Shown here one piece after another: positions 9,515 to 19,424 of a stretch of DNA of 64,000 bases. Under the pieces are notes generated by a model. It ran no database searches. It was not told the origin of the DNA and saw nothing but the letters and a program-made list of their open reading frames with translations. The number at the start of each line of letters is the position of its first letter. Position 1 is the stretch's first letter. Both the position numbers and the translations under genes were made by a program. This stretch comes from Verrucomicrobiota bacterium (GTDB lineage: Bacteria > Verrucomicrobiota > Verrucomicrobiia > Limisphaerales > AAA164-E04), in the NCBI GenBank assembly GCA_047947115.1, contig CP170459.1:1056001-1120000 (forward strand), read 5' to 3'.

Positions 9515-10000
9515 ATGGAACTTGACTCAAAAATCATTCCCTTCGACCAACTGACCGAATGGCGAGCGGGCATTCGATCCAGTGGAAAACGCCTGGTGGT
9601 CACCAACGGATGCTTTGATATTTTACACGTCGGACATGTTCGCTATCTCAGTAGTGCGCGTGCCGCCGGAGATCTTTTAATGGTGGGACTCAACGGAGAC
9701 CAAAGCGTGAGGGAACTGAAAGGACCGGAACGACCACTGAACATTGAATCCGATCGAGCCCTGTTGCTGGCAGCGCTGCAGTGTGTCGACGCCGTGTGCA
9801 TCTTTCCCGAAAAGCGGGCAACCCGCTTCCTGAAAACATCCCAACCGGATATCTACATCAAGGGAGGGGATTACACATTGGATACGCTGGATCAGGACGA
9901 ACGTCAGGCAGTCGAAGGGGCGGGCGGGCAGATCCAGTTCATCCCGTTTGTAGCCGGCCGATCCACCACCAACCTGATCCGAAAGATGTCGCTTCAATAA
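9515..10000 (+). CDS. rfaE2: RfaE domain II-like adenylyl/cytidylyltransferase
   Basis: TNGCFDILHVGHVRYL, LKGPERP, KGGDY, GRSTT. Confidence 0.85.
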   Translation: MELDSKIIPFDQLTEWRAGIRSSGKRLVVTNGCFDILHVGHVRYLSSARAAGDLLMVGLNGDQSVRELKGPERPLNIESDRALLLAALQCVDAVCIFPEKRATRFLKTSQPDIYIKGGDYTLDTLDQDERQAVEGAGGQIQFIPFVAGRSTTNLIRKMSLQ

Positions 10001-10067
10001 CATTGCGTATCGATGAGGGTCAGTCCCAACTATTGACACCTTTTCGACTGAATCCTATCCTTCCCCC

Positions 10068-11066
10068 ATGGCTCGGAAACTGCGCGTTGAATATGAAGGC
10101 GCCATTTACCACATCTTAAGCCGGGGCAACGGAAAGCAGGATATCTATCGAGACGCTAAAGACCGGAAGTTATTCTTAAAAGCCCTTGGAGAGACATGTG
10201 AGAAAACAGGGTGGCGCGTACACGCTTATTGTTTGATGAGTAATCATTTCCACCTTTGCCTGGAAACACCCCAGGCTAATCTGGTTGCTGGAATGAAATG
10301 GCTTCTTGGCACTTATTCAAGCCGATTCAACAGACGCCACAAACACTCCGGACATTTGTTTGCCGGTCGATACAAGTCCGTTATCGTGGATGGGAGCAGG
10401 AAGGGTTACCTGCACAAGCTTTGCGATTACATACACCTGAACCCGGTTCGGGCACACCTTGTTGCTGATGACCAGTATCTGAAGGATTTTCCCTGGACCA
10501 GTTATCCCTTGTACCTACTGCCTCCAACGCAACGTCCAAGCTGGTTGGAAACTCGTGTCCTGATGGGTGAAAAGGATATTCAAACCGACGACAACGCAGG
10601 CAGACAACGCCTCGAACTGTTGATGGAAAATCGGCAGTTGTGGGAAGAATCCAGGACAAACGAGGCGTATGATCTGATCCGAAGAAGCTGGCATTTTGGA
10701 ACGGATGAACACCGAAACGATCTCTTGTCAAAAATCGAAACCCTTGAAGGCACCTCCCGTTCTCCGGCTGGAGAAGTTGAAAGGGAAGCCCATCGGGTGC
10801 AGGCCTCTGATTTGCTCGAAGAAATGTTAAGGGCGGAAGGCATCACGGACCAGGACCTCATGACCATGCGCAAGGGAGATCCGGTGAAAATCAGACTTGC
10901 TATGGAAATACGCAAGCGCACCACCATGTCACTGAAGTGGATTGCCGAGCATTTGCATATGGGAACTTGGACTTATGTGTCCAATTTGCTTTCCACACAG
11001 CGGACAAAAAAACTTCAAGTATTGGGACTGCCACCAAGTGAATGGTTGAAGGCGACGGCGGATTGA
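10068..11066 (+). mobile_element. HUH Y1 transposase (IS200/RAYT-like) with C-terminal HTH
   Basis: YHILSRGN, AYCLMSNHFH (HUH), GHLFAGRYKS, DYIHLNPVRA. Confidence 0.88.
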
Positions 11067-11791
11067 TAGGTGACGCCGCTGCCGCCGAAGATGTCCAGAG
11101 CGGACCCGATCGTGAGGTCCACTTTGCCTCCGCTGGCATCGTGAACGAGTTGGAGATCTTCCAGTGAACGGGCGCCGCCTGCATAGGTCACCGGGATCGG
11201 ACTCCAGTCAGCCAGCTTTTTCACCAAGTCAAGATCAACCCCGGCACATAAGCCTTCGACATCCACCCCATGAACCAGGAACTCATCACAATTGGAAGCC
11301 AAATCGTCGAGCACGGATTTGCTGATTACCAGATCGGTGAAGGTTTGCCAACGGTTGGTGACTACGTAGTAGGATCCATCCCGCAAACGGCAGCTCAAAT
11401 CCAACACCAGACGATCGGTGCCCACTGTCTCTGTCAAAGCGTCCAGACGATCCCTCCGCAGAATGGGTCCTTCGAAAATCCACGAGGTGACGATGACATG
11501 CGAGGCACCGGCTTCCAGGAAATCCAGTGCGTTGTCGGCATGAATACCGCCCCCAATCTGTAATCCCTCTGGATAAGCTGCCAAAGCTTCCCGGGCGGCC
11601 TGTTCGTTTCCGCTGCCCAGCTGGATCACGTGACCGCCTTTTAGTCCGTCCTTTCGATAAAGTTCGGCATACCAGGCGCTGGACCGTTCGGATACAAAAT
11701 TGGTTTTCAAACTGCCGCCGTCGTCGGTCAGGGTGCCTCCGACAATTTGTTTGACTTGTCCGTTGTGAAGATCAATGCAGGGTCGAAACAT
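11015..11791 (-). CDS. hisA: ProFAR isomerase, eukaryotic His6-type
   Basis: FRPCIDLHNGQVKQIVGGTL, LVLDLSCR, EFLVHGVDVEGLC, DLTIGSALDIFGG. Confidence 0.9.
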   Translation of the reverse strand: MFRPCIDLHNGQVKQIVGGTLTDDGGSLKTNFVSERSSAWYAELYRKDGLKGGHVIQLGSGNEQAAREALAAYPEGLQIGGGIHADNALDFLEAGASHVIVTSWIFEGPILRRDRLDALTETVGTDRLVLDLSCRLRDGSYYVVTNRWQTFTDLVISKSVLDDLASNCDEFLVHGVDVEGLCAGVDLDLVKKLADWSPIPVTYAGGARSLEDLQLVHDASGGKVDLTIGSALDIFGGSGVTYQSAVAFNHSLGGSPNT

Positions 11792-11809
11792 TTGTTTAAA
11801 ATCGGTTGA

Positions 11810-12256
11810 TTAAAGCTGATTGTCTGAGTTCAGGTTCTGAAGTTTTTCGTAAGCGGATCGGTAACGATTTAAACGTTCCCGATCCGCATCACCTATGCTC
11901 TTCATTCGCCTTATATCCATGTTGTCCTCGAGATCGGCCAGCTTGACCTTTCTGGCCAAAGGATTGTCGGCGGCACGGTCGATCAGGGATGCGTATGATT
12001 CCTCTTCCCGACGAGTCAGGGCATCCACCGTACCAACGATGCGGTCGGAAAAGCCCTCGTTTCTCAGTTGATCCAATGTCCAGTCACTATCCTCCACCAC
12101 ATCGTGCAGGATAGCGATGGTTTGCAATTCCGGATCCCGAAATCGATGCATCAGCCTGAGCGGATGCAACACGTAAGGTTGGCCATACTTGTCGGTTTGC
12201 CCTTTGTGTGCTTCCAGCGCAATCGAAAGCGCTTTTTCAATGAGATGTGCTTCCAT
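11810..12256 (-). CDS. Small HD-domain hydrolase (small alarmone hydrolase-like)
   Basis: AHKGQTDKYGQPYVLHP, LHDVVED, VKLADLEDN. Confidence 0.8.
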   Translation of the reverse strand: MEAHLIEKALSIALEAHKGQTDKYGQPYVLHPLRLMHRFRDPELQTIAILHDVVEDSDWTLDQLRNEGFSDRIVGTVDALTRREEESYASLIDRAADNPLARKVKLADLEDNMDIRRMKSIGDADRERLNRYRSAYEKLQNLNSDNQL

Positions 12257-12275
12257 GGGCTGAAGTGGCGTGAAG

Positions 12276-12767
12276 CTATGCAGATCCAGCTTTCCCGAAT
12301 TTTTGCATGGCGGCCAATACCTCCGGCCATCGATCGCCAAATTCAGATTGAAGCATGGATTGCTGATCCCCTTTAAGCGGGAAAAACTTGGCGGAACCTG
12401 ACGCAACCGCTTCGTCGTTCACAGTCAGTTCAGCACTGGCAAGAAAGAGTTTTCCACGTCGGTTCTGATCCAGTCTACCAATGCAGACAACGGGCGTTCC
12501 GGGCTCGATCACCTTCTGATATCGAATGTTCATGTCAACCGAATACGCAAATTTCCCGCCAAGAATGCCACAGGCCCAGGCCATCATCTCATCAATCACA
12601 GTGGCTATCACACCGCCATGCACCGCATGACTGAATCCTGCGTGCTCTTTCCGGGGAATCCAGTCGGCATACACCGCCTGACCGTCGGTACGCATTTTCA
12701 ACGCGACACCTGCAGGGTTACCCTGTCCGCACCCGAAGCAACAATTGGTTTGTGGCAACGTCTCCAT
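12276..12767 (-). CDS. PaaI-family thioesterase
   Basis: CFGCGQGNPAG, VHGGVIATVIDE. Confidence 0.85.
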   Translation of the reverse strand: METLPQTNCCFGCGQGNPAGVALKMRTDGQAVYADWIPRKEHAGFSHAVHGGVIATVIDEMMAWACGILGGKFAYSVDMNIRYQKVIEPGTPVVCIGRLDQNRRGKLFLASAELTVNDEAVASGSAKFFPLKGDQQSMLQSEFGDRWPEVLAAMQKFGKAGSA

Positions 12768-12822
12768 TCGTTCAGCTTTGCATCATTCGAAATCCTGTTC
12801 AACTCTCGGGATCGACGAAGGC

Positions 12823-13890
12823 TCAGTGGCTGCTTCCGGAGTGAATCCATTCGGCCAGAGCCCCCGCCATCTTTCGAACGGTGTCACCTTTGCCCGTTTC
12901 AGCGGCAACGCAGAGGATGAAGCGTGTATGGGATGATTCATCATCGATACAGGCAACATCCAGCGTGTAATTACTGATCATACCCGCCTTATGGAAAAAG
13001 CGCGCCTTGGGGTAAATCTCTTTCAAACGCCCCTCCCAGGCATATGGTCCCGCTTCCTTGTTCTCCAATCCATAAAGTCCGTCCCCTCCAAAACGGAGCA
13101 GTGACAGTTGTTCCGGCGTAAGCCGATACCTTTCGGAATCAGGGAGAATCTCATGAAACATGATCCGCCGCAGGCATTCGGCCAGTTCTTGGGTGGAGGT
13201 ACAGTTTCCGGTGGTGCTGCTCAACACTGTGGCTCCACGTTGTTCAGCATAGGATATTCCCGACCATGTGTGCTCAATCAAACGGGATGTACCGTCCGGT
13301 TTGACGATGCGCACACGCTGAGGTTCCGTGTTTTCGTAAACGACCGGGCGATGCACGACATAATCCCTCATCAACGCGGAATGCGGAAAGCCACGTTCTG
13401 GAATCAGGAATTCCGTATTGATCCGGTCAATCCCTACGAATCTTAGAAGCAACGTGTAATCTTCATTCGACGACCGGCGAAACACTTCGCTGATCATTTC
13501 GCGCATGGTTCGAGCGGTATCCAGTTGCCAGCCGGATACGGTGCGTCGTTCATACATCAAGGCGCAATCCAGCGGATATTGAAGTTCGTTCAAATATTCC
13601 AACGCCGCCACCGCCGCATAGATTTTGATGGTGCTTGCAGGCCAGAAATCCACTGCGTTATCGCTGTCGCGATAGTGATGCCAGGAGAATTTGGGATGCG
13701 AATCATCCCCCTCCAGGACAACAAGGGAGGCCCATTTGGTAATGTCCGGATCGATCGGGTCGATCAATGCATCCAGCGAACCGGCTTTCATGATGTTTTG
13801 AGAACTACAGATGCCAACCACTAGCCATATGATGGACCGCGCCGGAAATAAACCGGCCTTTCGCATGCACTTTTCAAGTATTTGATTCAT
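12823..13890 (-). CDS. Serine hydrolase, class A beta-lactamase-like fold
   Basis: SxxK (FWPASTIK), SxN (SSNED), KxG (HKAG). Start uncertain. Confidence 0.75.
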   Translation of the reverse strand: MNQILEKCMRKAGLFPARSIIWLVVGICSSQNIMKAGSLDALIDPIDPDITKWASLVVLEGDDSHPKFSWHHYRDSDNAVDFWPASTIKIYAAVAALEYLNELQYPLDCALMYERRTVSGWQLDTARTMREMISEVFRRSSNEDYTLLLRFVGIDRINTEFLIPERGFPHSALMRDYVVHRPVVYENTEPQRVRIVKPDGTSRLIEHTWSGISYAEQRGATVLSSTTGNCTSTQELAECLRRIMFHEILPDSERYRLTPEQLSLLRFGGDGLYGLENKEAGPYAWEGRLKEIYPKARFFHKAGMISNYTLDVACIDDESSHTRFILCVAAETGKGDTVRKMAGALAEWIHSGSSH

Positions 13891-14344
13891 GACCTTCTGA
13901 AGAAGATGATGATGGTTTGGAGGCTGCCGGCGGATATTGTTGTTTGAAAGCCGCGAGGGTCTCAGGGTTTTGCTCAAGGAAATCTGTCAATGCGGTGAGC
14001 ATCTCAAGTGTTTTGGAACTCAGGTGGTGTTCGATACCCTCGATGTCGGACTGTTGGGTGGCTGCATCAATGCCAAACAGTGAGAAAAAGCGACTTAACA
14101 TCTCATGCCGCCGCTGAATCTTGCGGGCGATTTCCCGTCCTTCGTCCGTCAGCACCAATCCACGGTATTTTTCGTAGTTCAAATACCCGAGCTCATCAAG
14201 CTTCTGGACCATACTGGTCACCGAGGCCTGGCGCACATCCAACGAAGAAGCGATATCCACGACCCGGGCATAACCTTTTTCTTCAATCAGTTCGTGGATG
14301 CGCTCCAAATAGTCCTCGGCAGTCTGGCTGGGTTTTGGTGGCAT
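13874..14344 (-). CDS. mntR: DtxR/MntR metal-dependent repressor
   Basis: EDYLERIHEL, SVTSMVQKL, YEKYRGLVLT, EGIEHHLS. Confidence 0.9.
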   Translation of the reverse strand: MPPKPSQTAEDYLERIHELIEEKGYARVVDIASSLDVRQASVTSMVQKLDELGYLNYEKYRGLVLTDEGREIARKIQRRHEMLSRFFSLFGIDAATQQSDIEGIEHHLSSKTLEMLTALTDFLEQNPETLAAFKQQYPPAASKPSSSSSEGHESNT

Positions 14345-14417
14345 AGATTCCGCATTGGGTTTACAATCCACGCGACCTTTTGGCAAGCCATTGCGACAGG
14401 TTTAAGTGGATCCATTC

Positions 14418-14876
14418 TCAGGGATAATATTCCTCTAGAGTTGATTCGGTCGGGCTGAACCGACCGTTTTCATTCTTGAAAACGCCCTTGGCATATAACG
14501 TGGTGTTTAATGAATTCATCGGTTTGGGTGTGGCAAATTCGTACCCAACCTCCTCCAATTCCACAAGGATCTCTTCCTTGGTCAGGGGCCTTCTCCTCGT
14601 AATCATGATTACAGCGGCCTTCAAGGTCATGGTATTGCGCGGAGTTTGAACCTTGTGCTGCGGTCTGAACTTGATGTTCGCCGTTTTTGAATAATAAAAC
14701 TCCTGGGCATTCAATACCGTATTGATTTGCTGGATGCGCTCGACCAATCCGGCACGTTCCTTCATTAATTCTTTCTTAAGCCTCAGGAATTCCTTGAACG
14801 GATTTTCAACTGTATTCTCTGGTTCCGTCATTTCGTTGCTGATTTTGGGGTTGTTGTGACGAATGATTGAATTCAT
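14418..14876 (-). CDS. Hypothetical protein, coiled coil plus probable winged helix
   Basis: Heptad N-terminus; C-terminal TLKAAVIMIT..PLTKEEIL..NSLNTTLY..NGRFS. Confidence 0.6.
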   Translation of the reverse strand: MNSIIRHNNPKISNEMTEPENTVENPFKEFLRLKKELMKERAGLVERIQQINTVLNAQEFYYSKTANIKFRPQHKVQTPRNTMTLKAAVIMITRRRPLTKEEILVELEEVGYEFATPKPMNSLNTTLYAKGVFKNENGRFSPTESTLEEYYP

Positions 14877-15340
14877 TCGAATGTATATAATACAATTTGA
14901 TTGATAAGGACATTACACTTCACCTGAAGGAAGGTCGGTTAACTGCTTTTCAGCAGTGATAGAAAACCACTAGTGTGATAAATAAAAGATTATATCAAGC
15001 CAAAAATACTCTTTTTGTAAAATCAATTGCTCAATACATCCCCTCATCAACCAAGCATCCAAATCATATAATTAATTTTTACTAAAAAGCGACATTTTGT
15101 CGGCAATCCGCCAAAAGAATCGAAAACCCGACACCCCCTTATGGCTGGTTTCTCGCATGGATCCAAAGTTCGCAGGGGGGTTTTGATGTTCATGATTGGA
15201 TATGTCTATTGGAGAGTGGACTGAATAGCCTGCACCACCCTTGCGTCTATCCCCCTGAAAACAGCATTCACCTGCAGTGAGCCATGTCGATGGGTATCCC
15301 TCTTGTCAGAATGCTTGAATACGTGCTAGAAGAGAATCAT

Positions 15341-15976
15341 ATGAAGATACGCTTTGTGAATACCGCCATACAAACGACCCTCAGCCTGGTTGTAGTGGCT
15401 TTTGTTTCCGGCTGCGCCAGTGGTGTGCGCAATCCCTCCGGTGTACCGGTCACCGAAATGCAGGCGGATGAACGTGGCTTTGTCGCCGGTCTTGGCATCG
15501 AGTCACAGGACATGGTGGCGGTCACGGACAAAATGGCTCGCAGCTTGTCCAACACACATGAAATCAACAATTTTAATGGTACGCCGCGCATTGTGCTGGA
15601 TCCTATCATCAACAACACCCGGTTCCCCATCCAACAGGATATGTTCCTGACCCGCATGCGGGCCCTTCTGAACTCACGCACCGAAGGCAAAATGAGATTC
15701 CTGGCCCGTGAACGTATGGATGCCCTTCATCAGGAAAGAGATATGAAACGCAGCAGGGAGTACACCAGCACCACCGATCCAAATGTCCAGGAATTCAAAG
15801 GCGCTGACTTCTTCTTGACCGGTAAACTGGACGGACAAACTACCCGCACCTCCGCAGGAACCAGTGATTATATTCTTTATTCCTTCCAATTGATCGATGC
15901 CCGAACCTCTGAAATCCTTTGGGAAGACTTCGCGGAAATGAAGAAACAAGGCCAGGAAGACGCATCCTATCGTTGA
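15341..15976 (+). CDS. LpoB-family lipoprotein
   Basis: Lipobox VSGC; ESQDMVAVTDKMARSL; KGADFFLTG; FQLIDARTSEILWE. Confidence 0.75.
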   Translation: MKIRFVNTAIQTTLSLVVVAFVSGCASGVRNPSGVPVTEMQADERGFVAGLGIESQDMVAVTDKMARSLSNTHEINNFNGTPRIVLDPIINNTRFPIQQDMFLTRMRALLNSRTEGKMRFLARERMDALHQERDMKRSREYTSTTDPNVQEFKGADFFLTGKLDGQTTRTSAGTSDYILYSFQLIDARTSEILWEDFAEMKKQGQEDASYR

Positions 15977-16015
15977 CCCTCCTGATTCGTCAGGCATTGA
16001 AACATCTCAAGACCA

Positions 16016-17185
16016 ATGACTGCGCGTCGCTCCATTCTGTCCGGAGTGCTCCTCATCCTGCTTGCATGGGGACAGTGGGGTTGCGCCTCCTCGGGCAAAT
16101 CCTATCGTCCTCGCTGGACCGGAGATGCGGTCGCCGATGGGTTGCATGCGATCACCAACGCACCCCCCAAAGACCGTGTGCTTTGGCAGATGAAAACTGC
16201 CCGGGCGGCGATGTTCAAGGGAAAGAACGCATTGGCAGCTGAACTCCTGGATGATGCATTGGTGTCCATTGAAGGACGTTTTGGGACCGACAAAGAAGCC
16301 CGCAAATCCCGTCGACTCTTTCAGGATGAATCCGAAAAGTTTTTCATCGGCGAACCCTACGAACGGGTCATGGCTTATTACTACCGAGGCATCCTGTATT
16401 GGAAGGAAGGGGATCTGGGCAACGCGCGTGCCTGCTTCCGCAGCGCCCAAGTACATGACAGTGATTCGGAGCAAAACGAGTATCGGAATGATTATGTTTT
16501 GATGGATTATCTCGACGGTCTGATCTCCCTCAAGTTAAACGCATCCGGCGACTCCAATTACAAACGGGCCCAAGCATCAGCCCGCCTGGCTATTCCGCCT
16601 CCTTACAACCGGGACGACAACGTAATCATTTTTGCCGACTACGGAAAAGGCCCAACCAAATTCGCGGCTGGCGAGTATGGAGAACGGTTGCACATCCGCG
16701 CAGGTCATTCCAATGCGCGTGAAATCAGGATCACCACAGCCGAAGGTGGTATCCATCTGGGCCCCTATGATGACCTGAGCTACCAGGCGAGCACACGAGG
16801 CGGACGTGTGATGGACCATATCCTGGCCAACCAGGCCGTGTTCAAATCCACTACCGACACGGCAGGAGACGCCGCCCTGCTCAGCGGCATCATTTTGACG
16901 CAGGGGAGGAACACACAGGATGTGGGGTTAGGGCTCGTCGCAGCCGGATTGGTCAGCAAGATATTTTCCGCCGCCGCATCACCACAGGCGGACACCCGCG
17001 ACTGGGATAATCTGCCAGATTATCTCACCTTCGGCACCATGAGCCTGCCTCCGGGAAATCACGCCCTAAGTATTGAATACCTCGATGGCTCCGGAAATGT
17101 CATACCGAGCATGACACGCACCGAACATGTGGTGGTGAATCCTTTGCCATCGGATACCGTCCTATATTTCAGCGATACCAAATAA
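16016..17185 (+). CDS. TPR lipoprotein, COG3014-like
   Basis: Lipobox-like WGC; FIGEPYERVM; ADTRDWDNLP; sits between LpoB and YcfL genes. Confidence 0.65.
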   Translation: MTARRSILSGVLLILLAWGQWGCASSGKSYRPRWTGDAVADGLHAITNAPPKDRVLWQMKTARAAMFKGKNALAAELLDDALVSIEGRFGTDKEARKSRRLFQDESEKFFIGEPYERVMAYYYRGILYWKEGDLGNARACFRSAQVHDSDSEQNEYRNDYVLMDYLDGLISLKLNASGDSNYKRAQASARLAIPPPYNRDDNVIIFADYGKGPTKFAAGEYGERLHIRAGHSNAREIRITTAEGGIHLGPYDDLSYQASTRGGRVMDHILANQAVFKSTTDTAGDAALLSGIILTQGRNTQDVGLGLVAAGLVSKIFSAAASPQADTRDWDNLPDYLTFGTMSLPPGNHALSIEYLDGSGNVIPSMTRTEHVVVNPLPSDTVLYFSDTK

Positions 17186-17202
17186 CAACGAAAGATTACC
17201 CT

Positions 17203-17622
17203 ATGAACAATACCTTCTTGATTCTGTCACTTATCGTGACCTGTGTATGCTTCACGGTCAGTGGATGCAAAACCAAGGCCTCCTACGCGCCCGAAGTGGT
17301 CGACGGTTATGATATGGAAAACCAAACCCCGTTTGTCCTCATGAACAAACGTGTGGCCAAATCGGTCACTGTGGCCGGCATCCAGGAACGCATCCTCGAG
17401 GACGGACGCTTGGAGGTCACCGCCAATGTACTCAGCAAGGATGATCGCCGCATCCAGGTGCAGATCAGCTGTGTGTTCAAAAATGAAAACGGTTTTCCAA
17501 CAGGTGACGAAACACCCTGGACCACGCTCATCCTGACCGAAAACGCCCAGGAAGGCGCCATCTTCAAATCCATGAACACCCGCGCCCGCAGGTACACCAT
17601 CCGCGTGCGAGAGGCCCGGTAG
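17203..17622 (+). CDS. YcfL/DUF1425-family lipoprotein
   Basis: Lipobox VSGC; FKNENGFP..ETPW; ends RYTIRVRE. Confidence 0.7.
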   Translation: MNNTFLILSLIVTCVCFTVSGCKTKASYAPEVVDGYDMENQTPFVLMNKRVAKSVTVAGIQERILEDGRLEVTANVLSKDDRRIQVQISCVFKNENGFPTGDETPWTTLILTENAQEGAIFKSMNTRARRYTIRVREAR

Positions 17623-17671
17623 TGGTGCAAATCATCGAAACCATTTAAAACTCAGCGACTCCCACCCCGGA

Positions 17672-17821
17672 ATGAGCAGAGGATTTGCCACAGTTCTGGG
17701 ACTTTGCTTTGTGGCTTTGGGCGTTGCAAAATGGTTGTTTTCACTGGAGCGATTCAGTGCATTTGATATTGGCACGGGTTTATTGTTCTTCGTGGCAGGT
17801 GCGGCATGTTTGAAACGTTAA
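17672..17821 (+). CDS. Small two-TM protein (49 aa, below the ORF-track cutoff)
   Basis: MSRGFATVLGLCFVALGVAKWLFSLERFSAFDIGTGLLFFVAGAACLKR; co-oriented with the lipoprotein genes. Confidence 0.4.
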   Translation: MSRGFATVLGLCFVALGVAKWLFSLERFSAFDIGTGLLFFVAGAACLKR

Positions 17822-18011
17822 AAGCCATTTTTAAGCATGTAACGTTTGCCAAAAGTAATTTCAAAAAAGCTCTGCGTCCCTAGCGCAGCGGGCGTGGGGA
17901 TAAGAAGCATCAGCGAGCCCCTTATGCGCAAATACTTTTGGCAATCAGTATAAAATCGCCAGTTCGGACTCGCTTGCTAAAGGATAAGGTTTCGGGAATA
18001 CTCGGTCTGCC

Positions 18012-18767
18012 ATGCCCGACACCAACCTCACATCCGAAACAACGCCATCCAACCCGCAGCAGTTTCGGACCACCCGCTGGTCGGTGGTGTGTTCGGCATT
18101 GGATTCGGAGACGTCCGGGAGTCGATTGGCCATGGAACATCTGTGCCGGATGTATTGGTATCCGGTTTTTCATTTCATCCGGAGAAACGGGCACAACCAA
18201 CACGATGCGCAGGATCTGACGCAGGCATTCTTTGCCAGGTTTGTTGAAAAACAATGGCTCGAAAAAGCCGACCGATCGCGCGGACGATTCAGGTCCTTTC
18301 TGCTGATGATTCTCAAACGATTTCTGGCAAGTGAATGGAAACGCGAGCACGCCTTGAAGCGGGAAGGCAACCTTCACTGGCTGAGCCTGAACATGGACAC
18401 AGCTGAAACCCGCTATGCTCAGGAACCCGCCGACACCACCACCCCGGAACAATCCTTCGAGAAACAATGGGCCCTGACGCTGCTGGAGACCGTCATGCAG
18501 ACCCTCAAGGCACGATATATCGAAGACAACAAAACAGATCTGTTCGAACATTTGAAACCCTGCCTCATGGGCAGCCGCGAATCACAACCCTACGCCACCC
18601 TGGCCGCCCAACTCGGAATGTCCGAAGGCGCGGTAAAAGTGTCCGTTCATCGCCTCCGTAATCAATACCGCGAATGTCTTCGGGGCGAAATCGCTCAAAC
18701 AGTCTCATCCCCTTCCGAAGTGGATGAGGAAATGAAACACTTGATTCGAGTGCTGGCGAGGGGCTGA
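18012..18767 (+). CDS. ECF sigma factor, kinase-associated type
   Basis: FRTTRWSVV N-extension, DAQDLTQAFF, RGRFRSFL, LGMSEGAVKVSVHRLR. Confidence 0.9.
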   Translation: MPDTNLTSETTPSNPQQFRTTRWSVVCSALDSETSGSRLAMEHLCRMYWYPVFHFIRRNGHNQHDAQDLTQAFFARFVEKQWLEKADRSRGRFRSFLLMILKRFLASEWKREHALKREGNLHWLSLNMDTAETRYAQEPADTTTPEQSFEKQWALTLLETVMQTLKARYIEDNKTDLFEHLKPCLMGSRESQPYATLAAQLGMSEGAVKVSVHRLRNQYRECLRGEIAQTVSSPSEVDEEMKHLIRVLARG

Positions 18768-18797
18768 ACCTTTCTGGTTTCACGTCAGCTTTTTCAC

Positions 18798-19193
18798 TCA
18801 CTCGGTCTCTATTTCAAGAGGATAGTGGTCTGCTATGTATGAAAAATCCCGATCTCGATGGAGCACAGTTGCACCGAATTCCATCGCTATGGCGGCGATT
18901 AAACAATCGGTGATACTTCGGATCTGGATTCCATTCCTTTGGAGACCTTTATAGATGTCTGCAGCAAACATGATTGAAGATCGATTCTGTGGCAGAATAA
19001 TGAGTTTGCCAAAGTCCGCTTCTATTTTGCTTCGGTCAAAGGAATTTCGCAATCCTTGAACAATTTCCAACAGGATCAGATCGATATACGCAACCGCTTC
19101 CCGGCTTGCTAATTTTTGTTTTAAGCAATTACTTGCCCAATTATTTCGACCAGAGAGAAAGTCTATCCAAACACTGGTGTCGACGAGGACCAT
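18798..19193 (-). CDS. vapC: VapC PIN-domain toxin
   Basis: VLVDTSVWID, DCLIAA, HRDRDF. Confidence 0.9.
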   Translation of the reverse strand: MVLVDTSVWIDFLSGRNNWASNCLKQKLASREAVAYIDLILLEIVQGLRNSFDRSKIEADFGKLIILPQNRSSIMFAADIYKGLQRNGIQIRSITDCLIAAIAMEFGATVLHRDRDFSYIADHYPLEIETE

Positions 19194-19195
19194 GA

Positions 19196-19396
19196 TCAGA
19201 ACCTGGGCTTGCGAAGCTCATTTAAATCCCCTTGCCATCGGAATTTGCCTTCAAGGGCTAAAAGATCGTTTTGCTGCTCTCGAGCCACCAGTTCTCTGAG
19301 GGCAAGATCTACAAGCTCACGCTTAGTGCGTAAACCCGTAATTCTTAACCCATCCTGGACCAATGTATCTTCAATATATATGTTTGTTCGTCCCAT
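19196..19396 (-). CDS. vapB: VapB antitoxin (RHH type)
   Basis: RTNIYIEDTLV..TKRELVDLALRELV; directly upstream of vapC. Confidence 0.85.
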   Translation of the reverse strand: MGRTNIYIEDTLVQDGLRITGLRTKRELVDLALRELVAREQQNDLLALEGKFRWQGDLNELRKPRF

Positions 19397-19424
19397 ACAC
19401 CAAAAACCGCCATTTTGGTGTATG
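19394..19424. promoter_or_regulatory. Inverted-repeat operator of vapBC
   Basis: CATACACCAAAA-N7-TTTTGGTGTATG overlapping the vapB start codon. Confidence 0.7.

Noticed and set aside
12823..13890. Bona fide beta-lactam resistance gene
   Set aside because: Only the general SxxK/SxN/KxG fold motifs are visible; activity cannot be inferred.
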